Source of the DNA: an uncultured Acidobacteriota bacterium
GTDB taxonomy: Bacteria > Acidobacteriota > Thermoanaerobaculia > UBA5066 > Gp7-AA6
Length of the DNA stretch: 64,000 bases
NCBI GenBank assembly: GCA_963824165.1
Contig: CAWGOM010000017.1
Location: forward strand, 901,020-965,019
Direction: 5' to 3'
The position numbers and the translations under genes were made by a program. Every line of letters starts with the position of its first letter. Positions within the stretch are counted from its first letter, which is position 1. Below, in pieces: positions 10,301 through 23,074 of the stretch. Below the pieces are notes generated by a model. That model searched no databases. It saw only the letters and a list, made by a program, of their open reading frames with translations, and was not told the origin of the DNA.

Positions 10301-13103
10301 CGGCCTGAACGCCACGACGAAGACCCGCAAGGACGCCTTCGGCCGGGCGACGAGCGTCACGGAACCGTCGAACGACGTCACCTCCTACGCCTGGGACGTG
10401 AACGCGAAGCTCACCCGGGTGACCCAGGGAACCCAGATCCGCAGCTTCGCATTCGACGCGGCCGGCATGCTGCGTTCCGAGACGACGCCGGAAGGCGGCA
10501 CCGTCACGTACGACTCGATCGGCAGCCTCGGCAACGTGCGCCAGGAGACCCGGCCCGGCAGCCTCGTGCTGACCCGGCGGTTCGACTTCGCGGGCCGCAT
10601 CACGCGCGAGGAGGCCGGCGCCACGAAGTACGCGGTCCACTGCTACGACGGCGCCGGAACGTGCGACGACGGCGCAGCCAACTTCGCAGGCGGCGCGAGC
10701 CCGGCCGGTAAGCTGACGCGGCGGTACGGCTACAACCACCTGCCGACGATCGGCCCCGTGGTGGACGAGACGCTCGAGTACAGCGGCCCCGGTGGCCGTC
10801 TCTCGAAGCTGACGACCGCCGCGGGCAACGGCGACCTCGCGACGTCGGCCTCGCAGACCTGGTCCTACGACGCCCTGGGGCTGCCCTCCTCGCACTCCCA
10901 TCCCCGCGCCGCGGGCGCCCCGGCGTTTCCCGTGACGTTCGGGTACGGCTACGGGCTCCCGACCTCGATCGCCGCCAACGGCCAGACCGTCGTGCCCGCC
11001 GCGGCGTACGGCCCCGCCGCCGCGCTGACTTCATGGACCGCCGGCAACTCCGGCACGCCCGTGGTCACGACGATCGCGCCCGACGCGAGCCTTCTGCCGC
11101 GTCCGGCGAGCATTTCAAACGCCCTCTGGAGCTCGGGCGCCTACGCCTACGACGGCGCCGGCGACATCCTGAAGCTCGGAACGACCGACGCGTTCACGTA
11201 CGACAGCCGGGCGCGGCTGACCTCGGCCAGGTTCGGATCGACGACCCGGGCCTTCGCCTACGACCGCTGGGGCAACCTCACGCAGAACGGCGCGACGGGA
11301 TTCACGCTCGATGCCGCGACCAACCGGATCACCTCGGGCGGCGCCCAGTACGACGCCCGCGGCAACATGACCGCCCGCACGGGCGAGACCATGAGCTACG
11401 ACCTCCTCGACCGCCAGTACCGCAACTCCACCGCCGGCGCCGACTGGGTCTATCTCTTCGCCGGCTCGGGCGAGCGCGTGGCCAAGTTCCCCGCGAAGGC
11501 CACCGTTCTCCGCCGCGAGATGGCGCGCTACGTCGCCGAGGCCAACGGCCTCGCCAAGGGCTGGACGCTGCCCGCCTGCACCGGCCCCGTTCTCCGACGT
11601 CTCCTGCTCCGACCCCGACGCCCGCCACATCCAGCTCGTCCACGACGAGGGCATCACTGCCGGCTGCGGCACGAACCCGCTTCAATACTGCCCCGACGCG
11701 ACGCTCACCCGCGCCCAGATGGCCGTCTTTCTCGTCAAGGGGTACAAGCCCGACGGCTTTTCGCCGCCGCCGTGCGCGGGCACGTTCCAGGACGTCTCGT
11801 GCTCGGGCGCCTACGCCGCCTTCGCGCCCTGGATCGAGCAGCTCTACCGCGACGGCGTCACCGCCGGCTGCGGCACGAGCCCCCTCCAGTTCTGCCCCGG
11901 CAGCACCGTCGGCGAGTGGGAGATGCTCGTCTGGCTCGCGAAGGCCCCCGGCGCGGCTCTCCGGGCTCGCTCTTCTGGAGCGCGTACCACCCCGTCCCCC
12001 GCGGCACGATCTATACTTTCCGCGACGACTCCAACCGCGTTGTGACCGAGATGGCGGGAGGCTCGACCGGGGCTTCGACGGCCACCCTTTCGGTGACCCG
12101 GGACAACGTGTTCCTCGGCAACCTCCTCGTGGCCTCGTACGTCGCGTCGCCTGCCGGCTGGCAGTACACGGCCTCCGACCATCTCGGCAGCCCCCGCGTC
12201 GTCTTCAACCAGGCGCGTCAGATCGTCGAGACCCACAAGTACTGGCCGTACGGCGAAGACACCACGACCACGCCCCCGACCCAGCGCCTCGCCTACTGCC
12301 TGATGGAGCGCGACTCGGAGAGCACGCGGTTCTACGACCACGCGCGAAACCACGACCACGGGCTGGGGAGGTTCCTGTCGCCGGATCGGGTCGGGGGCAC
12401 CCCGGCCAATCCGCAGTCATGGAACCGGTACGCGTACACGCTGAACAACCCGATGAAGTACGTGGATCCGGACGGGAGGCTGACGATCGTGGTGCACGGG
12501 ACATGGGCAGCGAGCAACCCAACGTTCACACCCGGTGGAGTCTTCTATCAACGCGTGACCGGGTCGGTGCCCGACCGCGCCTATGCGTCGTTCACCTGGT
12601 CCGGGGGCAACACCACCGGAGCCCGATCGCAGGCCGCGAACTCTCTCGCGAACTTCATCCGTCACTACAAGTTCGCGCCCGGGGAACAACTCAATCTCAT
12701 TGCCCACAGCCATGGCGGCAACGTCGCCATCGCGGCAGTCAACCTGGGACTCGGCCGCGCCGTGGACAATCTTGTCACGCTTGGAACGCCGGCCCGGGCC
12801 GACTTCGATCTATCCAACAAGAGCTCAGTGAGCAGCTTTCTGGCGGTCTCCGACACTAAGGACCCGATTCAGGTGCTCGGTGGACGGTGGTTCAACAGCC
12901 CGATATGGGGCGAGTGGGGTCCGGCAGGGCGGTCCCTGTCCGGCGCCGCGAACATCCTGGTCAATACGCCCCTGACCGAACTCTTCAAGGCGCACGAGCA
13001 ACTCCACGAGTCCGACCTTCTCTGGAGAACCATTTCGAGACTCATGAACACACCTGAAACGATGTCGACGCTGGATCGTCAGCACTATTGGATTCACGAC
13101 TGA
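7319..13103 (+). CDS. RHS/YD-repeat polymorphic toxin with Sec signal, SLH-like insert and alpha/beta-hydrolase C-terminal toxin domain (frame breaks near 10115, 11588, 11952)
   Basis: AAGGAG then ATG at 7319. Signal MTKKLTRTFVLCLLVLA. Many YD repeats (YDxxGR / FDxxG). RHS core GLGRFLSPD...NRYAYTLNNPMKYVDPDG. Confidence 0.9.
12476..13100 (+). other. RHS C-terminal toxin domain: lipase/esterase-like alpha/beta hydrolase
   Basis: Begins right after DPDG. LTIVVHGTW, nucleophile elbow AHSHGG, LVTLGTP, SDTKDPIQV, KAHEQLHES. GC is visibly lower than in the repeat shell. Confidence 0.65.
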
Positions 13104-13108
13104 CAATC

Positions 13109-13420
13109 ATGAGAGAACCATCTCGAGTCGATCTAGCGCCCGCCCTGATCGCCCTTGTTGTCGGAGCGTTGCTGTTCATTCCCGCTGCCCGGCTGCTCGA
13201 TTCCATGTACCCCGGGCCGCACGCCGGCTTCACTCTGATGGGCGTCTGGCTCTATTTGGTCGTCCCGGGCGCCGCCATCCTCGGCGCCGCCGCGCTCGCG
13301 ATTTACCCTCGTGCCGCAGCAAAGGGGGCCGCTTCCGCCGCGAGACTTCGGGTCTTTCTGTGGCTTGTCGTACTGCTTTTCTTCGTAGCAGCAATCCTCT
13401 GTTACCGAGCCACCGCCTAG
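13109..13420 (+). CDS. small three-TM membrane protein, candidate immunity protein 1
   Basis: ATG 6 nt after the RHS stop. 103 aa with three hydrophobic helices. No recognisable family. Confidence 0.5.
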   Translation: MREPSRVDLAPALIALVVGALLFIPAARLLDSMYPGPHAGFTLMGVWLYLVVPGAAILGAAALAIYPRAAAKGAASAARLRVFLWLVVLLFFVAAILCYRATA

Positions 13421-13441
13421 TCTCCTCCGGAGGAGGTCGCA

Positions 13442-13771
13442 ATGAGCTCAGACGGGATGCGCCGAACTGCCCGCGAGATTGAGTTCGGCTACGTACTCAT
13501 CGCGCTCCAGGCCCTGCTCTACATCGTCATACTCCGCGCATACCTGCGCGCCACTGGCACCTGGCCCGACGTCGGTAGTAATTTCCTCGCGTTCTGGGCC
13601 CTGGCGATCGTTCCAGCATCTCTGATCCTGGCCTTGCTCGTCCGTGTTGCATACCGGTCCTGGACAAGGGCCTCGCGCTCAAAAGGTGTGTTCTTCGCCG
13701 GAGCACTGCTGTTGGACGCCATGGTTTTGTATGCGTCGCTCGCGCTGTACGTAAGGCATCTCCACGGTTGA
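13442..13771 (+). CDS. small three/four-TM membrane protein, candidate immunity protein 2
   Basis: Intact 109-aa ORF with GGAGG upstream. Same size and topology class as the preceding gene. Confidence 0.5.
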   Translation: MSSDGMRRTAREIEFGYVLIALQALLYIVILRAYLRATGTWPDVGSNFLAFWALAIVPASLILALLVRVAYRSWTRASRSKGVFFAGALLLDAMVLYASLALYVRHLHG

Positions 13772-13783
13772 AACGGAGGGATT

Positions 13784-14338
13784 GTGACGCTCGCACCGCT
13801 CGCCATTCTTCTGGATCTCTCCATGCGGGCAAGTAGCCCTGAACCGACTCGCGCGTTCTCGCTTGTCCTTCAGCGGCTGGACGTTTCGTCGGCCCTGGTC
13901 GTTTCATCTCAAGCGGTCGACGAGCACCCCGTCTGGTCCCCGGACGGCCGCTTCCTCGCCGTCAGCGTCGACGAGGAATGGTCGAAACTCGACCTCGGCC
14001 CGATCTCGCTGATCAAGGGAACATGGCATGACGGAGACGGGATCGGCGTCGTCGATCCCCCGGCCTCCCTCGCCCCGATCCCCGAATCGGAGGTCCGTGC
14101 CTGGCGGAAGTCGGCCAGGTACGGCGCCCGAAGCGTCACAACCAAGACCGGGACGATCGTCGAGCTCGAGCAGGCGGGCCTCGGCACCGTTTTCCGGATG
14201 ACACGAAAGGGACGGGAGCCAGTCGTCCTCTGGAAGACCTCTCTCGAAAACTGTCATGGACTCGCACTCTCGCCGGACGAGACCCTGGTGGCCTTCGTTT
14301 GCGAGCTCAACGGCGTAATCTTGACGACCCTCGAGTGA
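13784..14338 (+). CDS. PD40/TolB-like beta-propeller repeat protein (short, no signal peptide seen)
   Basis: PVWSPDGRFLAVS and LALSPDETLVAFV resemble PD40 repeats. Intact 184-aa ORF. An internal ATG at 13823 is also possible. Confidence 0.45.
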   Translation: MTLAPLAILLDLSMRASSPEPTRAFSLVLQRLDVSSALVVSSQAVDEHPVWSPDGRFLAVSVDEEWSKLDLGPISLIKGTWHDGDGIGVVDPPASLAPIPESEVRAWRKSARYGARSVTTKTGTIVELEQAGLGTVFRMTRKGREPVVLWKTSLENCHGLALSPDETLVAFVCELNGVILTTLE

Positions 14339-14379
14339 CCGTCATCTCTTTCACTACCTGACGTCCGAGGAGGCTCGGC

Positions 14380-14616
14380 ATGAAAACGATCGGCGTCCGA
14401 GAGGCGCGCACCCACCTCTCCCGCCTCCTGAGGAGGGTCGAGCAAGGCGAGGAGATAACGATCCTGCGAGCCGGGAGGCCTGTGGCTCGCCTCGTTCCGC
14501 TCGAGCGGGCGCCTCGCGTGCCCGGGCTGCTGAAGGGCAAGATCCGCATCAGCCGCGACTTCGACGAGCCCCTGCCCGCCGACCTGCTGGCTCGGTTCCG
14601 CGGCGATCCGACCTAG
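14380..14616 (+). CDS. Phd/YefM-family type II antitoxin (no cognate toxin gene adjacent)
   Basis: MKTIGVREARTHLSRLLRRVEQGEEITILRAGRPVARLVP is a typical prevent-host-death N-terminus. GAGGAGG SD. The next gene is convergent, 30 nt away. Confidence 0.75.
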   Translation: MKTIGVREARTHLSRLLRRVEQGEEITILRAGRPVARLVPLERAPRVPGLLKGKIRISRDFDEPLPADLLARFRGDPT

Positions 14617-14646
14617 AACGTCGCCCGCCGCGCCGAGACCGCGCGG

Positions 14647-16306
14647 CTACCGCTCGAAGACGACGCGCCCGCCGACGATTGTCGCGTCCACCTGGATCTT
14701 GTCGATGGCGGCGGGCGCAACGGACAGGGGGTCCTCCGAGAGGACGACGAAATCCCCGAGTTTCCCGACCTCGAGCGACCCCTTCTCCTTCTCCTCGAAG
14801 GCGGCGTAGGCGGCCGTGACCGTATAGGCCCGGAGCGCCTCCTCCGGCCGGATCTTCTGTTCGGGCACCCAGCCGTTGGGCTGCTTGCCGTCGATCGTCG
14901 CGCGCGTGACGGCGGCCGCGATCCCGACGATCGGCGAGAGGGGCGCGACGTCCCAGTCGGAGCCGAAGGCGAGCTTGGCGTTCGCGTCGAGAAGCCAGCG
15001 GAACGCGTACGTGCCGAGGCTGCGCTCTCCCCCGCCGAGCTTCCGGTCGGCCCAGCGCCCGTCGTCGACGGCGTGGTAGGGCTGCATGGAGGCGATGACG
15101 CCCTGCGCGGCGAACTTCGGGATCTCCGCGCGGCGCATGTGCTGGGCGTGCTCGATGCGGAACCGGCGGTCCTTCGGCCCGTTCTTCTTCGCGACGCGGG
15201 CGAAGATGTCGAAGAGCTCCGCGATGGCCTTGTCGCCGATCGCGTGGACCTCGACCTGAAGCCCGGCGGCGTCGGCCCCGGCGATCCGCTCTTCGATCGT
15301 GGAGAGCGGGATGGCCTCGGCGGCGTAGACGCCGGTGTTGCCGGGATCGTCGGAGAACGCCTCGAACATCACGGCGGTGCCGGCTCCGAGAGCGCCGTCC
15401 ATGAAGCCCTTGACCCCGCCGACCTGGAGCCAGGCGTCCTGCTTGATCGTGGTCTGGGCCTTCTTCGCGGACTGCCAGTCGGTCAGCGATGGCCGGTAGT
15501 TCACGCGCACGGTCAGGCCGCCGGCATTCCGGATCTCGTCCCAGGCCGGCAGATCCAGCGCCGTGCCCGGCAGGTCCTGGACGGAGGTCACCCCGTTCTT
15601 CGCGGCGTGCTTCACGGCGGCCCGCAGCCCTTCGACGATCTCCGCTTTCGTGCGGGGCGGGCGGACCTTCCAGACGAGGTCCATGGCCGCGTCCTTGAGG
15701 ACGCCCGTCGGCTCGCCCGAGGCGTCCTTGACGATCACGCCGCCCGGCGGGTTCGGCGTCGACTTCGTGATCCCCGCGAGCTTCAGCGCCAGGCTGTTGC
15801 AGACCATCATGTGGCCGTCCTGCCGGCCGAGGCAGGTCGGCCGGTCCCCCGTCGCGGGGTCGAGGAGCGCCTTCGTCGGAAGCTGCGGCGGCGTCCACTG
15901 CTCGTGGTCCCAGGCGCCGTCCGTCAGCCACTGGCCCGCGGGCTTGCCCTTCGCGAACGCCGCGACCTGGCGCGTGAAGTCGGCCGGGTCCTTCGTCTTG
16001 CGCAGGTCGAGGGCGAGGAGGTTGAGGCCGCCCATCGACATGTGCGTGTGGCAGTCGATGAACCCGGGAACGACGCGGCGCCCCTTGCCGTCGACGACGA
16101 CCGTTCCAGGCGCCCTTGAGCTTCTCGATCTCGGCGTTCGTGCCGACGGCGACGATGCGGCCGTCCTTGACCGCGAGCGCCTGCGCCTCCGGGCGCGACC
16201 GGGTCGCCCGTCCAGACCTTCGCCGAGACGAGGATCAGGTCCGGCGGCGCGGCGCCCCGCGCCGCGAGACCGAGAACGACCGACGCGGCGGCAGTCATGA
16301 AGATGC

Positions 16307-16310
<4 letters not shown>
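14647..16310 (-). CDS. amidohydrolase family (YtcJ-like metal-dependent hydrolase), secreted; frame breaks near 16110 and 16205
   Basis: [17 protein letters not shown] signal. [30 protein letters not shown]. Its ATG overlaps the ppdK stop (ATGA at 16307-16310). Confidence 0.8.
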
Positions 16311-19024
<2,714 letters not shown>

Positions 19025-19028
<4 letters not shown>

Positions 19029-21104
19029 TTTTCCACCACGATTTCGGAAAAGTCCGCCAGCCGCGTGAATTCTTGCTGAATCGAGGCGAGGAGCGCCAGC
19101 CGGTTCCGGCGCAGGTCCTCCTCCGGGGCGTTGACGAGCACGTCGACGAAGAAGCGGTCGAGCGAAGGGGAAAGCGAGGCGATCGTCTCCATGGCCTCCC
19201 GGTAGTGCCGCTCGGCCGAGAAGCCGTCGATCGCCTGCTTGGCCTGCAGGAAGTCCGAGGCCAGCGCCCGCTCGGCGGGCTCGCGGTAGAGCTCGGGCGA
19301 GGGCGCGCCGGGAGTCGCATCGCCGACGATGTTGCGGATCCGCTTGGCGGCGAGGATCGAGAGACTTGAAGTCCATGTGCCGGCGGGCGTCGGAGAGCGC
19401 CCGCGCCCGGTCGGCCGCGTCGGCGAAGTCCCAGACGCCGACGTTCAGCACCGCCGAGATCTCGTCGTAGCTCGCGCCGCGCCGCTCGAGCAGGCTCCGG
19501 AGCCGGTCGGCGAAGAACCGTCCGAGCTCCTCGACGGCCTTCTCGGGCTCGAGGCCGGGCAGTCCCGCGGGGAAGAGCGACAGGGCCTTGCGCGCGATCG
19601 GCCGCCAGTCGGTCCGCCAGTTGCGTGCGATCGCGATCGACACGATGCCGAGCGCCGCACGGCGAAGCCCGTAGGGGTCCTTCGATCCCGTCGGCACGAG
19701 GCCGACGCGGAAGAGGCCGCACAGCGAATCGAACCGGTCGGCCAGCGACAGGATCGCGCCCGACGCCTCGCGCGGCGGATCGTCGGAGCCGGAGGCCGGG
19801 CGGTACTGGTCGTAGACGGCCTTCCACACCGAGTCGGGGTACCGCTCGCGGCGGGCGTAAATGCCGCCGATCACGCCCTGGAGGTCCGTGAACTCCTTGA
19901 CGACGAGGCTCGTCAGGTCCGCCTTGGAGAGCAGGCCGGCGGTGCGCGCCGCCTCCACGAGGTCGGGGCGGCCGACCTGGACGGCGATCGCCTCGGCGAG
20001 GTCCTGGATGCGCGCCGTCTTCTGGCGATAGTCGCCGAGCTTCTCCTGGAAGGTCAGGCGCGAGAGCTTCGGCAGCTGCGCCTCGAGCCTCCCCTTCGCG
20101 TCCTCCTCGTAGAAGAATCGGGCGTCGGCCAGGCGGGCGTTGAGGACCCACTCGCACCCCTTGGCGACGAAGCCCTTGCGGTCGGCGTCGTTGTCCATCA
20201 CGGCCACGAAGTGCGGCAGCAGCCCCCCGGGGCCGCGCACCGGGAGGAACTTCTGGTGTGTGCGCATCACGGTGACGTTGATCTCCTCCGGCAGCTCGAG
20301 GAACTCCGGCGCGAAGGTCCCGCGCACGAGGCCCGGCCACTCGACGAGGTCGGCCAGCGTGTTCGCGAGATCCGCGTGCGCTTCGATCTGGCCGCCGACT
20401 TCGGACGCCAGGGCGCGCGCCTTCTCGAGGATCGCGATCCGGCGGACCTCGGGATCGGGCTCGACGAAGGCCTTGCGGAGCTTGGCGAGGTAGTCGTCGG
20501 GGCCCGTGACGGCGAACTCGCCGTCCGAGAGCACGCGATGCCCCATCGTCCGGTCGCCAGCCGCGACGCCGTAGAGCTCGAGCGGGACGACGCGGCCGCC
20601 GAGAAGCGCCACGACGCCCCGCACCGGCCGCACGAACGACCGGTCGCCCGCGCCCCAGCGCATCGTCTTCGGGAAGGCCAGGCCGCCGACGACCCGCGGC
20701 AGGACCTCGGCGAGCACCTCGGCCGCCGCGCGGCCCGGAGTCGTCTTGCGCGCGGCGACGGTCCGGCCGCGCGGCGAGTCGACCACGACGAGATCGGCCA
20801 CGTCGACCTTCTGCGCCTTCGCGAAGCCCTCGGCCGCTCGCGTGGGCTTGCCGTCCTTGCCGAAGGCGCTCGCCTCGGGCGGGCCGAGGACCTCGGCGAA
20901 GCGATCCTCCTGGCGCTCCGGCAGCCCCCGGAGGATGAGCACCAGCCGCCGCAGCGTGGCGTACGTCTCGATCCCGGCCGGCGCGAGCCCTTCGCCGGCG
21001 AGGGCGTCGCCCGCGGCGCGGGAAAGCTCCAGGCGCGCCGGCAGCAGCGCCGGCGCCGGGATCTCCTCCGTTCGGATTTCCAGCAGGAAGTCTTGCGTGT
21101 TCAC
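19025..21104 (-). CDS. glyS: glycine--tRNA ligase beta subunit (frame break near 19365)
   Basis: [17 protein letters not shown] start (GTG). KTMRWG, and a C-terminal anticodon-binding part ending ...[14 protein letters not shown]. Its TGA overlaps the ppdK ATG. Confidence 0.9.
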
Positions 21105-21152
21105 TCTGGAGTCGTCTCGCCTCCGGCGTCAGGCCGCCGGCGGCCCGATGTT

Positions 21153-22041
21153 CTAGACCGCCGCGGGCTCCGGCTGCGCGGCCGGCGTCCGCTCCCCTTC
21201 CTTGCCCGAAACGTAGGCCCGCGCGCACGCGCAGGCGAGGTCGCGAATCCGCCGGATGATGCCGACGCGGTCGGTCGCGGAGACCGCACCGCGCGCGTCG
21301 AGCACGTTGAACTGGTGCGAGCAGACGAGGGTGGCCTCGTAGGCCGGGACGACGAGGCCCGCGTCGAGGCAGCGCCGCGCCTCCCGCTCGTGCCGGTCGA
21401 GCATGAGCTGCGCGAGCTCGGCGTCGGCGACCTCGAAGTCGTACTTCGACATCTCGACCTCGTCGCGCCGGCGCACCTGGCCGTAGGAGAGCGTCTCGTT
21501 CCACATCACGTCGTAGACCGAGTCGAGCTTGTTCAGGAACATGGCGATGCGCTCGAGGCCGTACGTGATCTCGGCCGTGACCGGCGACAGGTCGATGCCC
21601 GCCGGCCTGCTGGAAGTACGTGAACTGCGTGATCTCCATGCCGTCCATCACGACCTGCCAGCCGACGCCCCAGGCGCCGAGCGTCGGAGACTCCCAGTTG
21701 TCCTCCTCGAAGCGCACGTCGTGGTCCTTCAGGACCACGCCCAGCCGCTCGAGGCTCCGCAGGTACGTCCGCTGGATGTCCTCGGGCGAGGGCTTCAGGA
21801 CGACCTGGAACTGCAGGTGCTTGCCGAGGCGGAACGGGTTCTCGCCGTATCGGCCGTCGGCCGGCCGGCGCGAGGGCTGGACGTAGGCGCACTTCCAGGG
21901 CTCGGGCGTCAGGACCTTCAGAAAGGTCGCGGGATGCATCGTCCCGGCGCCGACGGGAAGGTCGTAGGGCTGCTCGATGAGGCACCCCTCGCCCTCCCAG
22001 AAGGCGGTCAGCTCCGCGATCAGGCGCTGCAGAGTGAACAC
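21153..22041 (-). CDS. glyQ: glycine--tRNA ligase alpha subunit (frame break near 21600)
   Basis: [59 protein letters not shown], then [16 protein letters not shown] in ORF 21153..21542. Confidence 0.95.
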
Positions 22042-22102
22042 TGGCGAAAGCTTACCGCATGCAACTGGAGCGGCTTCGCCCGAGGATGAATCGCCCCGGT
22101 CC

Positions 22103-22200
22103 GTAGGGGCGGGGCTCGTCCCCGCCCCCTCTCCGCGGTTCGAGAAGCGTGCGGCATCTCGATCGGCACGTGAGGGGGCGCCCGCAAGGGGCGCCCCTAC
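22103..22200. repeat. REP-like double-hairpin element, copy B (longer variant)
   Basis: GTAGGGGCGGGGCTCGTCCCCGCCCC...GGGGGCGCCCGCAAGGGGCGCCCCTAC. Same termini and first hairpin as copies A and C. Sits between the recO stop and the glyQ start. Confidence 0.75.
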
Positions 22201-22217
22201 TGTCCGGACGGTGGATC

Positions 22218-22956
22218 TCAGCGCAGGACGTCTTCCAGCACGCGCTGGCTCTTGAGCTCGTGCCCCAGGAAGTGCCGCCGCGCGAGGCGGGCGACGCGGG
22301 CTGATCTCGACGAGGCCCCGGGGCCGGGCGGCGGGATCGAGGGGGCCGGAGAGGAAGCCCGTGAGGGTGCGCCGGGCATCGACCGACAGGCGCAGCGTCT
22401 CGCCGAGGCGGCACTCGGCCCCGACGAACCCGGGGCGGCGCTCGTCGAAGAGAAGCGGCTCGGTCTCCTCGAGGGCGCGGCCGCAGCCCGCGCACTCGCG
22501 CGGCGTGGGAAAGAGGCCCGAGAGCTTGAGGATCCAGACGTCGAAGTAGGCCGCGGTCAGGGCCGCCGGCGCCCCGGCGAAGAGGGCGTCCATGGCGTGG
22601 CGCCCGAGGCGGTAGAAGGGCTCCGCCGGATCCGACTCCGAGACGAAGGTCTCGAGGCTCTCGGCCAGGGTCGAGAGGAGCAGCGCCTTCTCGAGCTCCG
22701 TCGACAGCGAGAAGGACGGCCGGATCGGATCCACGGCGTTGATCGAGACGAGCTCCCGCCCTTCCTTCTCGAAGTAGACGACGCGGGCCTCCGTCATCGG
22801 CTCGAGCGCCCCGGAGAAGACGCTCTTCGCCCGTCGGGCGCCGCGCGCCACGCCGCGCTTCTTGCCCGCGTCCCGCGTCAGAAACGAGACGATCCGGTCG
22901 GTCTCCCGCAGCGGGTAGGTCGCGAGGATGAAGGACTCGGAGCTCTGGAGCTTCAC
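22218..22956 (-). CDS. recO: DNA repair protein RecO (frame break near 22300)
   Basis: GTG start. [37 protein letters not shown]-fold N-terminus. Zn motif CAGCGR...GAEC. Confidence 0.85.
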
Positions 22957-22996
22957 GGGAAGCGATTATGATGAGGAGGCGGGCGCGATGCTCGCC

Positions 22997-23040
22997 TAAT
23001 AAAATTAGCTATTTCTAGCTAAATAGCCTAATTTTTTATG
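22997..23040. promoter_or_regulatory. AT-rich divergent promoter/operator region between recO and the MFS gene
   Basis: TAATAAAATTAGCTATTTCTAGCTAAATAGCCTAATTTTTTATG. Two palindromic TAGCTA hexamers sit 4 nt apart inside the near-palindrome TTAGCTATTT / AAATAGCCTAA. It is by far the most AT-rich stretch nearby. Confidence 0.5.
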
Positions 23041-23074
23041 GCACAGAGCCGGCACGAGAAGCTCGAACTCCGGC

